From assembly GCA_034439575.1 (NCBI GenBank), contig JAWXAQ010000027.1, positions 288,001-352,000 on the forward strand: a stretch of 64,000 nucleotides of DNA, given 5' to 3'. Source of the DNA: Leptospira sp. Lineage in GTDB: Bacteria; Spirochaetota; Leptospiria; Leptospirales; Leptospiraceae. Below are positions 40,964-49,481 of this stretch, in pieces. How positions within the stretch are numbered: position 1 is the stretch's first letter; each line of letters starts with the position of its first letter. Below the pieces are notes generated by a model, which was given only the letters and a program-made list of their open reading frames with translations, ran no database searches and was not told where the DNA came from. The position numbers and the translations under genes were made by a program.

Positions 40964-42003
40964 TCGCCGTTTCCATTTGCGCTCACTGCTCTTGGAATGA
41001 CGACTATATCCACTCTACGATTTAAACTTTTGTTTTCTTTGGTTGAATTAGGTACGATGGGCTGGTATTCGCTATATCCTGCGGCAGAAAAATTTTTGGG
41101 ATTTAAGTTTTTGTTAGATAACAAATGTTCGAGTACGGCAAGAGCTCTTTCCGTTGATAAATGCCAGTTGTTTCTATATTTAGTTTTGATTGGGACATTG
41201 TCAGTGTGGCCTTCAACTGAAATATAATTTTCCGGATAAGATGCTAATATCTCTTTGATTTTATCAATGGCGGGTAATATTGCAGGTTTTAATTCTGCGG
41301 ATCCACTATCAAAAGATAGGCGGTCATCAATGTTGATAATTAATTTGTTGTGAAATCTTTTGACTCTGATTTCGCCATTTGTAATCTCTTTAGAAAGCTT
41401 TTCCTCTAATTCTTTGGCCTGATCAGATAATCTTTCTAATTCTCTTTTTTGATTTTTGTTCAGTTGTTTTAGAGATGATATTTCATTTTCTAAGTTCCGA
41501 ATGCGATCTGATAAATCGCGCATTTTTCCCTCATACTGTTCTCTGAGGTCTTGTTCTTTTTGAAGGCAGGCTTTTTCTTGTTCTTCTAATTTTTTTCTTA
41601 ACGCAGATATCTCTTTTTGATCCTTTTCTTCTCTACGTTTGGCATCGTCTAAAATGTTTTTTTCTTTATCAGAACCTTTTTTTTCTAATCCGCGAAGTCG
41701 GATTTCATAGTCTCTAATTTTATCTGCATAATTTTCTTTATCATCATTTCTATTTCTTTTTTCTAATTCAAGGTCTTCGTTTAAGTTTTGATTTTTTGAA
41801 GCGAGAGTTTTGTTTTCATCTTCTAACTTTTTTAAATCATTTTGGTATTGGCGTTTCAGATCTTCTAATTGCAATTCAAGGGCATATTTTTCTTTGTAGA
41901 GTTGGTTGTATTCGATTGGGAAATAAATCCAATCCGCAAAAAGAGAGAGTGGTATAAAAAAGAAAAATATAAAGAATTTTAAAATATTATTTGAGTTCAT
42001 CAA
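40960..42003 (-). CDS. Secreted coiled-coil protein with C-terminal OmpA/MotB peptidoglycan-binding domain
   Basis: FDSGSAEL, VEGHTDN, NW.LS.ERA and NRRVDI motifs; signal peptide SLFA|D; long charged coiled coil. Confidence 0.88.
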   Translation of the reverse strand: MMNSNNILKFFIFFFFIPLSLFADWIYFPIEYNQLYKEKYALELQLEDLKRQYQNDLKKLEDENKTLASKNQNLNEDLELEKRNRNDDKENYADKIRDYEIRLRGLEKKGSDKEKNILDDAKRREEKDQKEISALRKKLEEQEKACLQKEQDLREQYEGKMRDLSDRIRNLENEISSLKQLNKNQKRELERLSDQAKELEEKLSKEITNGEIRVKRFHNKLIINIDDRLSFDSGSAELKPAILPAIDKIKEILASYPENYISVEGHTDNVPIKTKYRNNWHLSTERALAVLEHLLSNKNLNPKNFSAAGYSEYQPIVPNSTKENKSLNRRVDIVVIPRAVSANGNGE

Positions 42004-42682
42004 GGTAGGTATCCTCTAAGTTAACTTTTGGTAACTTTGTAGTGGCATTTTTTACTTTTTCCCACTCTGTTGTTTTTTTACGAGTATCTGCTTTTCTATC
42101 ATTGTATTGTTTATCATAATTTGTTTTTTCAATATATTCAGGATCTTTATTGTTTTTGCCTTGAAATTCCTGGTATTTGATCGCGATTTCGGCTCGGACA
42201 AGTTCTAGTTCAGCTATAGCTTCTGACAACATGGCTTCTTTCATATTAAAGAATGCCATATCCTCTGATTGTTTTTGTAACCAACCTTGAGTTCTCGTTT
42301 CTTCTTTTGATCTTTCTAATTCCGAAGTTTGCGATTCGTCTAAGTAACGTTTTGCGTTCACACTATCATCTTTAACGAGTGCTAATTTTTCTTTCTCATT
42401 CAATAGATCTCTTTGCGCGGCATGGCGATGAATTTTTGCCCGGGAGATTTTTAAAGTTTGAGCATTGATTTCATTATTTTTTTTAAGTAAACTGATCTCA
42501 GCATTTAAAGTGATTATTTTCTGCTTTATGACTTTGACAGCCGTTTTTTGTTCTTCATTCATTACTTCTTCACGAACATACGCATCCGGTACTGTCTTTA
42601 GTTTTGGCTCGAACAAGACGCATTGAAAAAAAAGGGGGATGAGAAAAAAACTAGTTCGAGAAAATGTAGTATATTGGGACAT
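41987..42682 (-). CDS. Putative coiled-coil lipoprotein
   Basis: FFLIPLFFQC lipobox-like signal and helical charged body. Start among 42682/42688/42694. Confidence 0.65.
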   Translation of the reverse strand: MSQYTTFSRTSFFLIPLFFQCVLFEPKLKTVPDAYVREEVMNEEQKTAVKVIKQKIITLNAEISLLKKNNEINAQTLKISRAKIHRHAAQRDLLNEKEKLALVKDDSVNAKRYLDESQTSELERSKEETRTQGWLQKQSEDMAFFNMKEAMLSEAIAELELVRAEIAIKYQEFQGKNNKDPEYIEKTNYDKQYNDRKADTRKKTTEWEKVKNATTKLPKVNLEDTYLDELK

Positions 42683-42743
42683 ATACATAGACATGTAGTT
42701 TGTGACATAATCGTCAATAGTTAATTTTTCAAGCAGGCGATCC

Positions 42744-44153
42744 ATGGAAGAAGACGTAAGTAAAGAGACCCTCTTTCGAACCAGAATTGATAAGGAAAAT
42801 GAATCGTTTGAAAGTTTTTTAGACGAGTTACGCGGTGCTATAAAAAACGATCATGAAACCTTTTTAAAAGGCCTTCTTGATGGCGCCCACCCAGCCGACA
42901 TTGCCACTATTTTTAAAGCCTTAGAAACGGAAGAATCACTATATCTTTTCCGTATTTTATCTAACGAAGACCAAGCATACACACTGATAAAAATTGACGA
43001 TGAAATGTTGTCTCTTTTTTTGGAGGAGTTGTCCATTGAGGAAATTTCCAAAACTTTAGATTATATTGAAACAGATGAAACAACTTATTTACTTTCTTAT
43101 CTAACACCAAGTAAACGAGACCAAGTACTATCAAAACTAAGTAAACGTGATTCCTTTGAGATCCGATCCCAACTCGGTTTTCGTGAATCCAGTGCTGGTC
43201 GACTCATGTCAAAAGATTTTGCCACAGCAATGCTCGGTGATAATGTGCGCAAAGGGATTATCAATGTCAGAAAAAAAGCTAAGGAAATTGAAGATATTTA
43301 CCAAGTTTATGTGACAGATGAGGATGGCATCCTTAAAGGATTTATTCCTCTTAAAGATTTATTCCTAACACCGATTAATACAAAGATCGATAAAATCACA
43401 AATTTTTCTATCTATTCTTTTCATTATGATACTGACCAAGAAGAAGTAGCCTTAACTTTTAAAAAATATGACCTTGTCAGTGCTGCTGTCGTTGATGATT
43501 TAGGGCGGATCATTGGTCGCATAACATTAGATGATGTTTTAGAAATTGTTGAAGAAGAAGCATCCGAAGATATTTTGAGAATGGCCGGGGTCTCTGAAGA
43601 TGAGAGGCTTGCGACACCTATTATTCAATCAGTGAAAAGACGAATCATTTGGCTAAACGTAAATTTATTAACAGCCTTTTTATCATCCACGGTTGTGGCT
43701 TTTTTTGAAGAGACGATTGCAAAAATTGTAGTACTTGCGACTCTTATGCCAATTGTTGCTGGTCTCGGAGGTAATGCTGGAACTCAATCGGTAACAGTAG
43801 TTATCCGAAATATTGCCACAGGGGATTTGACTTTTTCTAATTGGTGGGAGGCGGTTCGTAAAGAATTTATCATTGGTTGTATCAATGGTTTGGTACTTGG
43901 ATTCATTACAGGGCTTATGATATTTTTAGTAAAAGGAAATTTAGTTCTCGGTTTGGTTGTGGGAAGTGCCATGCTCGTTAATATGTTAGTTGCATCACTT
44001 TCTGGTTCACTAGTTCCTATTTTACTAAAGCTTATCAAAATAGACCCAGCCATTGCTTCATCGATTTTTGTAACGGCTATGACAGATGTCTGTGGATTTT
44101 TCTTTTTCTTAGGACTTGCCACATTACTTTCAAATTACCTGATTCCTTCTTAG
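42744..44153 (+). CDS. mgtE: Magnesium transporter MgtE
   Basis: HPADIA, SAGRLM, CBS pair, GGNAGTQS and DPA.AS..FVT..TD motifs. Confidence 0.96.
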   Translation: MEEDVSKETLFRTRIDKENESFESFLDELRGAIKNDHETFLKGLLDGAHPADIATIFKALETEESLYLFRILSNEDQAYTLIKIDDEMLSLFLEELSIEEISKTLDYIETDETTYLLSYLTPSKRDQVLSKLSKRDSFEIRSQLGFRESSAGRLMSKDFATAMLGDNVRKGIINVRKKAKEIEDIYQVYVTDEDGILKGFIPLKDLFLTPINTKIDKITNFSIYSFHYDTDQEEVALTFKKYDLVSAAVVDDLGRIIGRITLDDVLEIVEEEASEDILRMAGVSEDERLATPIIQSVKRRIIWLNVNLLTAFLSSTVVAFFEETIAKIVVLATLMPIVAGLGGNAGTQSVTVVIRNIATGDLTFSNWWEAVRKEFIIGCINGLVLGFITGLMIFLVKGNLVLGLVVGSAMLVNMLVASLSGSLVPILLKLIKIDPAIASSIFVTAMTDVCGFFFFLGLATLLSNYLIPS

Positions 44154-44199
44154 GTAAATATTCTTGCGTTTCAGGTCTACATTCCTAGGATCATGTTTA

Positions 44200-44823
44200 A
44201 TGATGTTTCGAACGTTTCTCTATATTCTTATTTTTTTCACTTTTTTATTTGGCTGTCGCACTTCACAAGGAACGACTTCAAACACTGATACAAAGGCGAT
44301 TGCCATTGGTGAATTGCTCCCGCCCCCAGGTGGTGAGGGCGAAGTGATCTTAAATGAAAATGGAAATATCGTAGAAAACCATTCGAATGAACTTCCATTT
44401 TTTCAAAAAAAATCGGAAATTCCAAACGAATTTTTTCGAGTCTATATGTCGTCTGACAGCTATTTTGTGAGACAAATCAGAGGCACAGATAAAATCAAAC
44501 GTAAACCAGACGCCGGCGGAGATGACCTGGCTAAGGAAGAAATCAAACGGTTTGATTTACTTAATTTTATAGACGATGGTTATGTGATGGTTGGCTTAAA
44601 TTCTACGACAGGAAAATTAGAAACCATAGCCTTTGACAGAAGAGTGCCAAGGCTCAATGATATTGCCAAGGTGATTCAAAATGACGCCTCGCGTTGGAAC
44701 TATGAACATCCGACGAAAGACGGTTTACCAGTAGTAACAAGATTTATAGTCAATTATCAAATACGTCTTTATCCAAACAAATCTAGAGATGAAGTTAAAC
44801 AGATGTTACAGAAGAAAAAATAA
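44200..44823 (+). CDS. Lipoprotein with a possible TonB-C-like C-terminal domain
   Basis: FLFGC lipobox and PPPGG linker. C-terminal ASRWNY.H...G.PV...F.V.Y resembles TonB_C. Start at 44200 or 44203. Confidence 0.65.
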   Translation: MMFRTFLYILIFFTFLFGCRTSQGTTSNTDTKAIAIGELLPPPGGEGEVILNENGNIVENHSNELPFFQKKSEIPNEFFRVYMSSDSYFVRQIRGTDKIKRKPDAGGDDLAKEEIKRFDLLNFIDDGYVMVGLNSTTGKLETIAFDRRVPRLNDIAKVIQNDASRWNYEHPTKDGLPVVTRFIVNYQIRLYPNKSRDEVKQMLQKKK

Positions 44824-44826
44824 AAT

Positions 44827-45807
44827 TTACCAGCTGAATTTACCCGTTTTCGCATAATTAAATTTCATACCTTCACCAATTCCTGGCACATTCATACCGG
44901 AATTTCCGTTTAGATCAAAACCTGCTGTTTTTGTTTGTATGGTTTTATATAGACCTTGGCTAATTTGTGAAATAGGAAATGCGGTGTTGATTTTTACTAT
45001 GGACTCTTTTCCATTATTTACGATTTCTTTGGGGCTGCCTTGCAAAAAGTTTTCGCCACCTAATTTCAAATTGTAACCGAAGTCTTGAAACAACAATTCG
45101 GAAGCGGCTTTGTTTTGGAAATTCAAATCAAAGTTAGTATTTAATTTGAGATCCAAATTTGATAGACCCGCACTGGCTGCTGATTTCGCGGCTTGTGTTT
45201 TTGATTTTCCTGAAAGTAAACCTTCTAAAAAACTCATTGCTGATGATGCCACAGCAGTGGTGTTAGCTTGTGAACTGATTTCTTCTTTTGTTGGCATAAG
45301 AATTTTAAAATTTTTAATGTCCACAGTTGGCAATACGGCAGGAATCTCTCTTTGTTTTTGGAATGGAAAACTGATAGAATCTTGGCCCACAGCGGCAAGT
45401 GAAGATGGAAGGGGCACTTTTACATTTCCATCTAGACCTACAGTGAGTAGAGGCTTGCCAGGAATGCTCTGATAAATTTTAACTAAGTCTGTGTATTTGA
45501 TTTTGATTTCGAAAGGTAAAGATTTAGTCGCTTTCGCTTGAATTTCACCTAAGTCAGTTGAAATATGTGTTAGTTTATTTCCTTCAATTTTCAAATCCAT
45601 ATTGAGTAAGGATTTGGGTAAACCGACTGGATATGGATTTTCTAAAGTCGTTACCATTTTTAATGTAATGTCTGTTAGTGTGATTTCTTTAATGCTTAAT
45701 GATTCAAATGAAAATTCGGGACGTGGAACTTTGTCCTGTAAAACTCCGAGTAAGGAACAATGGCTGAGTGTTACTGACAAAATTAATAGGGAAAGTTTAG
45801 AAATCAT
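44827..45807 (-). CDS. LEA type 2 (WHy) domain lipoprotein
   Basis: TLSHC lipobox, ENPYPV.LP motif, two related domains. ATG at 45807. Confidence 0.72.
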   Translation of the reverse strand: MISKLSLLILSVTLSHCSLLGVLQDKVPRPEFSFESLSIKEITLTDITLKMVTTLENPYPVGLPKSLLNMDLKIEGNKLTHISTDLGEIQAKATKSLPFEIKIKYTDLVKIYQSIPGKPLLTVGLDGNVKVPLPSSLAAVGQDSISFPFQKQREIPAVLPTVDIKNFKILMPTKEEISSQANTTAVASSAMSFLEGLLSGKSKTQAAKSAASAGLSNLDLKLNTNFDLNFQNKAASELLFQDFGYNLKLGGENFLQGSPKEIVNNGKESIVKINTAFPISQISQGLYKTIQTKTAGFDLNGNSGMNVPGIGEGMKFNYAKTGKFSW

Positions 45808-45838
45808 AAGGAAATGACATTTCAAACAAGCACACTTG

Positions 45839-46606
45839 TCAAGGCATTTGAAGTTCGACGACAACCGCCGCATGATCTGAAACAATTGGTTCATTTATAA
45901 TTTTTGCTTTTTTTCCTACAGATAACAAGGAATCAGATCCTAAAACATAATCAATGCGCCAACCTTTATCATTCGCTCGTGCATTCGCACGATAAGACCA
46001 CCAACTATATTTTTGCAAATCGGGATTTAATTCCCTATAAAAATCTATAAATCCTTTGCGTAAAAATTGGCTAAACCAAGCTCTTTCTTCGGGTAAAAAT
46101 CCACTGTTCTTGGCATTGGACTTCGGGTTATGAATGTCAATTTCCATATGAGCGATATTGACATCGCCAACGAGTATAAGAGGTTTCTTTTTTGCTTTTA
46201 ATTTTTTTGAAAGAGTCAGCACTTCATCTAAGAATTTGTATTTAATTTTTTGGCGTTCATCACCGGAAGTACCGGAAGGAAAATAAACATTCCAAAATAG
46301 AAATTTCGGATACTCTAATAAAATGGATCTTCCTTCTGACTTGAAAATTCCATCACCATATCCACTTATGGAAGAAAGCGGAGATTTTTTTACAAGAGTG
46401 CAAACTCCACTATAGCCTGCTTTGTCTGCGATACAAGTTTGAATTTCATAACCCATTTCTTTCCAATGTTCTTTTCGAATTTCATTTTCAGGTGCCTTTG
46501 TTTCTTGGAAGGCGATAATGTCTGGATTTTCGCTACTAATCATTGTCAGTAGTCCTTTGGAAATTGCGGATCTAATGCCATTACAATTAAGTGTTAATAT
46601 TTTCAT
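45839..46606 (-). CDS. xth: Exodeoxyribonuclease III / AP endonuclease
   Basis: NCNGIR, QETK, GYSGV, GDVNIAH, YSWWSYR, GWRIDY and SDHA motifs. Confidence 0.96.
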   Translation of the reverse strand: MKILTLNCNGIRSAISKGLLTMISSENPDIIAFQETKAPENEIRKEHWKEMGYEIQTCIADKAGYSGVCTLVKKSPLSSISGYGDGIFKSEGRSILLEYPKFLFWNVYFPSGTSGDERQKIKYKFLDEVLTLSKKLKAKKKPLILVGDVNIAHMEIDIHNPKSNAKNSGFLPEERAWFSQFLRKGFIDFYRELNPDLQKYSWWSYRANARANDKGWRIDYVLGSDSLLSVGKKAKIINEPIVSDHAAVVVELQMP

Positions 46607-46656
46607 AAAGAATTCAGATAGATTATTTCAACAATTCAGTCGATATATGATATAGT

Positions 46657-49479
46657 ATGCTAGAAATTTCTCCTGACATTCCTTTTCTTTCTGATACAAA
46701 GATACGATTCCTTGTATGGGACCGTGCTCCAAGAAGTCTAGAAATTTGGAATTGGTCTGAGGGTTTGTATTGTTTTCTCCAATCTAGATCAACTCGAGAA
46801 GGTAAAGAATTTCGCTACGGAAGTCCATTATGGGGCATTCCCAATTACGTAAATTATATTGAGTATCCATTTTATACAAGCAGTGATTCGCAAATTTATT
46901 CGGAACTTGGTTCTGCTTGGAAAGAGACTTTAAAACAAAAAACCATTACGATTCTTGCACCATACGAAGATGAAGCTGAGATACGTTTAGAATTTGCAAA
47001 ATTATTTTTAAAATGTAATCCGAATCAAACTTTTGAACAGGTAGGAAAAAATTTTGGATTGGTAGGAGAAACCTATCTTTTGTTAAATGAATTTGCAAGA
47101 GTGATTAAAAAAGAGATTCCATCACAAAATCAATTCTTTAAAATTTCCCCTCCCATACTTATACATTCAAGCCAAAAACCAATCATAACAAACATAGAGA
47201 CCAAAAATAAAGACACAGTGCTTGTGTCCAAATTGGAACCAATAACAATCCAAAAAGATGAGAGAGAAATTTTCAATGCCAATTCGGCTGAATCAATAAA
47301 CAATAGTAATACGGAGTTAGAAATAACAACTGTTAAGAGTTCAGAAAAAGAATCAGAAATTAAAAACACAACTCTTTATGATCCAGAGGTCAAGGTTGAT
47401 ATTCTCGAAAAAGACAAAAAAGAGGAAATTTCAATTCCAGCTCCTAAATCGGAAATCATTGAAACGCCCGTAGATAAAATCATTGAAACGCAAGAGAAAG
47501 CATCTACGAAATTTTCCATACAATTAAAAATGATGGGAGTGATTTCTGTATTATTCATTTTAACTGTATCGACTATTATTTTTTTTGCATCAAATTTCTT
47601 TAGAAATACTTCTGAGTTACAATTAAGAGACAATAACTTGCGTATGGCGGAAATTGTTGGTTCTAAGGTTGGGTCTGATGTATTGAATGCAGTGGAAAGA
47701 GGAAAACAGATTGCCTTTACTTTAACAACGCAAGGAATAGGAGACGAACAAAAAAATAAGTTGTTAAAATCTTTTTTTGAATCAGATAAGGAATTTATTT
47801 ATTTAGGGATATATGAAAAAAACGGGGAAGATTTAGTCAATAAACGGGAAGTCTTCAATGAAGAGGAATTAAAACTTACTTCTTTAACTGAAGAAGACTT
47901 TCATAATGTGGTTAAACGCAACAAAGGTCTGTTTGCTGAAGCATTTTCTGGCCAACCTGTACTTATTAATTCAAGCCCAGGATTCCAAGAACCTTCTTTC
48001 GCCATAGCGATTCCAACAGAAGAAAACGGAAAACTTGATAATATTCTAGTGATGATCATTAAACTAGAAAAAATCATAGATGCGTTTGAGAAAAAAGGAA
48101 TTGAAACTACATTTCTTGTGAATGGTGCAGGAATTGTGATCGCTCATCCCAAAGAAGATTTAGTTCTATCGGCCACAGATTTATCTTCCATGCCCATAGT
48201 GAGAACTATGCTGACTAGTGCCGCTGCCACAGGGCAAACCAGTTATTTAGATGAAGAGTTAAAATCTCAGTTTCTAGGCTCATTTAAAAAAATCGGATTT
48301 GCTGACACGGGAGTTGTGACTATCGTTTCGGAAGATAAGGCCTTTGAAGCAGTTTATAATATTCAAAAAAGAAATATTTATATCATGGGGATTGGATTAT
48401 GCATAGCTTTGATCTTTGTATTTTTCTTCTCTAAAACCATCACTAAACCTATATTGCACTTGTTATCTGCAACTTTACAAATTGCAAAAGGCGATTTCCA
48501 AATCGGTATCAAACCTACCACAAGAGATGAAGTGGGTTTACTTACTGAATATTTTATAGAGATGGGTCAAGGCTTAGAAGAACGAGAGAAAGTAAAAAAC
48601 ATTCTCGGTAGTATGATCGACCCTGTAGTAGTTCAGGAAGCTATGGTGGATTTGGCGGCCTTAAAACGCGGATCAGAAGCACAAATCACCGCCTTCTTTT
48701 CCGATGTTGCTGGTTTTTCTACCATTTCAGAACAATTAAAATCTGCAGATCTTGCCGCACTACTAAATGAATACTTAAGTGCGATGACTTTAATTTTAAA
48801 ACAACATGAAGGAGTCCTAGATAAATACATTGGTGATGCGATCGTCGGTATTTTTTCCGCACCAGTTATTGTGAGTGAACACCAATTGAAGGCGGCAAGA
48901 GCTAGTGTAGAGATGATTCAAAAATTAAAAGAATTAAGAAAGTATTGGAAAGATAACAATCTCTATTCTAAAGAAGCTCAAGAAATGGATTGCCGCATCG
49001 GACTCAATTCTGGACCAGCTAAGGTTGGTTTTATGGGAACCGATGCCCTTGCATCATATACTATGATGGGTGATACTGTTAATTTAGCCGCTAGATTGGA
49101 AGCGGCAGGTAAAGATTACGGTGTCAATATACTCATCACTGACGCGATTCAAAAACACCTTCAAGATGAAATGATTACTCGGTATTTAGATTTAGTTCGA
49201 GTTAAAGGGAAAAATGAACCTGTTCGTATCCATGAGTTAGTTGGATATAAATCTACTGTTTCTTCTGCAGTAGTCGAAGCTTGCCGTTTGTACGAACAAG
49301 GATTTGAAGCTTATTTGGAACGAGATTGGAATAAAGCCATAACATATTTTATAGATTCAGAAAAAGCCCGTGGGGAAAAAGACAAATCTTGTCATGTATT
49401 AATCGAAAGATGCGAAGAATACAAAGAATTTTCACCAGGTGTAGATTGGGATGGAGTATTTACTCGAACTCATAAATAA
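46657..49479 (+). CDS. Membrane class III adenylate cyclase (N-terminal extension, TM, Cache-like sensor, TM, HAMP, cyclase)
   Basis: FSDVAGFS, DKYIGDA (Lys), YTMMGDTVNLAARLE; HAMP TRDEVGLL; Cache-like FLVN..G.VIAHP. Confidence 0.92.
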   Translation: MLEISPDIPFLSDTKIRFLVWDRAPRSLEIWNWSEGLYCFLQSRSTREGKEFRYGSPLWGIPNYVNYIEYPFYTSSDSQIYSELGSAWKETLKQKTITILAPYEDEAEIRLEFAKLFLKCNPNQTFEQVGKNFGLVGETYLLLNEFARVIKKEIPSQNQFFKISPPILIHSSQKPIITNIETKNKDTVLVSKLEPITIQKDEREIFNANSAESINNSNTELEITTVKSSEKESEIKNTTLYDPEVKVDILEKDKKEEISIPAPKSEIIETPVDKIIETQEKASTKFSIQLKMMGVISVLFILTVSTIIFFASNFFRNTSELQLRDNNLRMAEIVGSKVGSDVLNAVERGKQIAFTLTTQGIGDEQKNKLLKSFFESDKEFIYLGIYEKNGEDLVNKREVFNEEELKLTSLTEEDFHNVVKRNKGLFAEAFSGQPVLINSSPGFQEPSFAIAIPTEENGKLDNILVMIIKLEKIIDAFEKKGIETTFLVNGAGIVIAHPKEDLVLSATDLSSMPIVRTMLTSAAATGQTSYLDEELKSQFLGSFKKIGFADTGVVTIVSEDKAFEAVYNIQKRNIYIMGIGLCIALIFVFFFSKTITKPILHLLSATLQIAKGDFQIGIKPTTRDEVGLLTEYFIEMGQGLEEREKVKNILGSMIDPVVVQEAMVDLAALKRGSEAQITAFFSDVAGFSTISEQLKSADLAALLNEYLSAMTLILKQHEGVLDKYIGDAIVGIFSAPVIVSEHQLKAARASVEMIQKLKELRKYWKDNNLYSKEAQEMDCRIGLNSGPAKVGFMGTDALASYTMMGDTVNLAARLEAAGKDYGVNILITDAIQKHLQDEMITRYLDLVRVKGKNEPVRIHELVGYKSTVSSAVVEACRLYEQGFEAYLERDWNKAITYFIDSEKARGEKDKSCHVLIERCEEYKEFSPGVDWDGVFTRTHK

Positions 49480-49481
49480 TT

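Noticed and set aside
40960-42003. True flagellar stator MotB
   Set aside because: No motA neighbour, and the FAD tripeptide falls at a signal-peptidase site rather than in a MotB TM motif.
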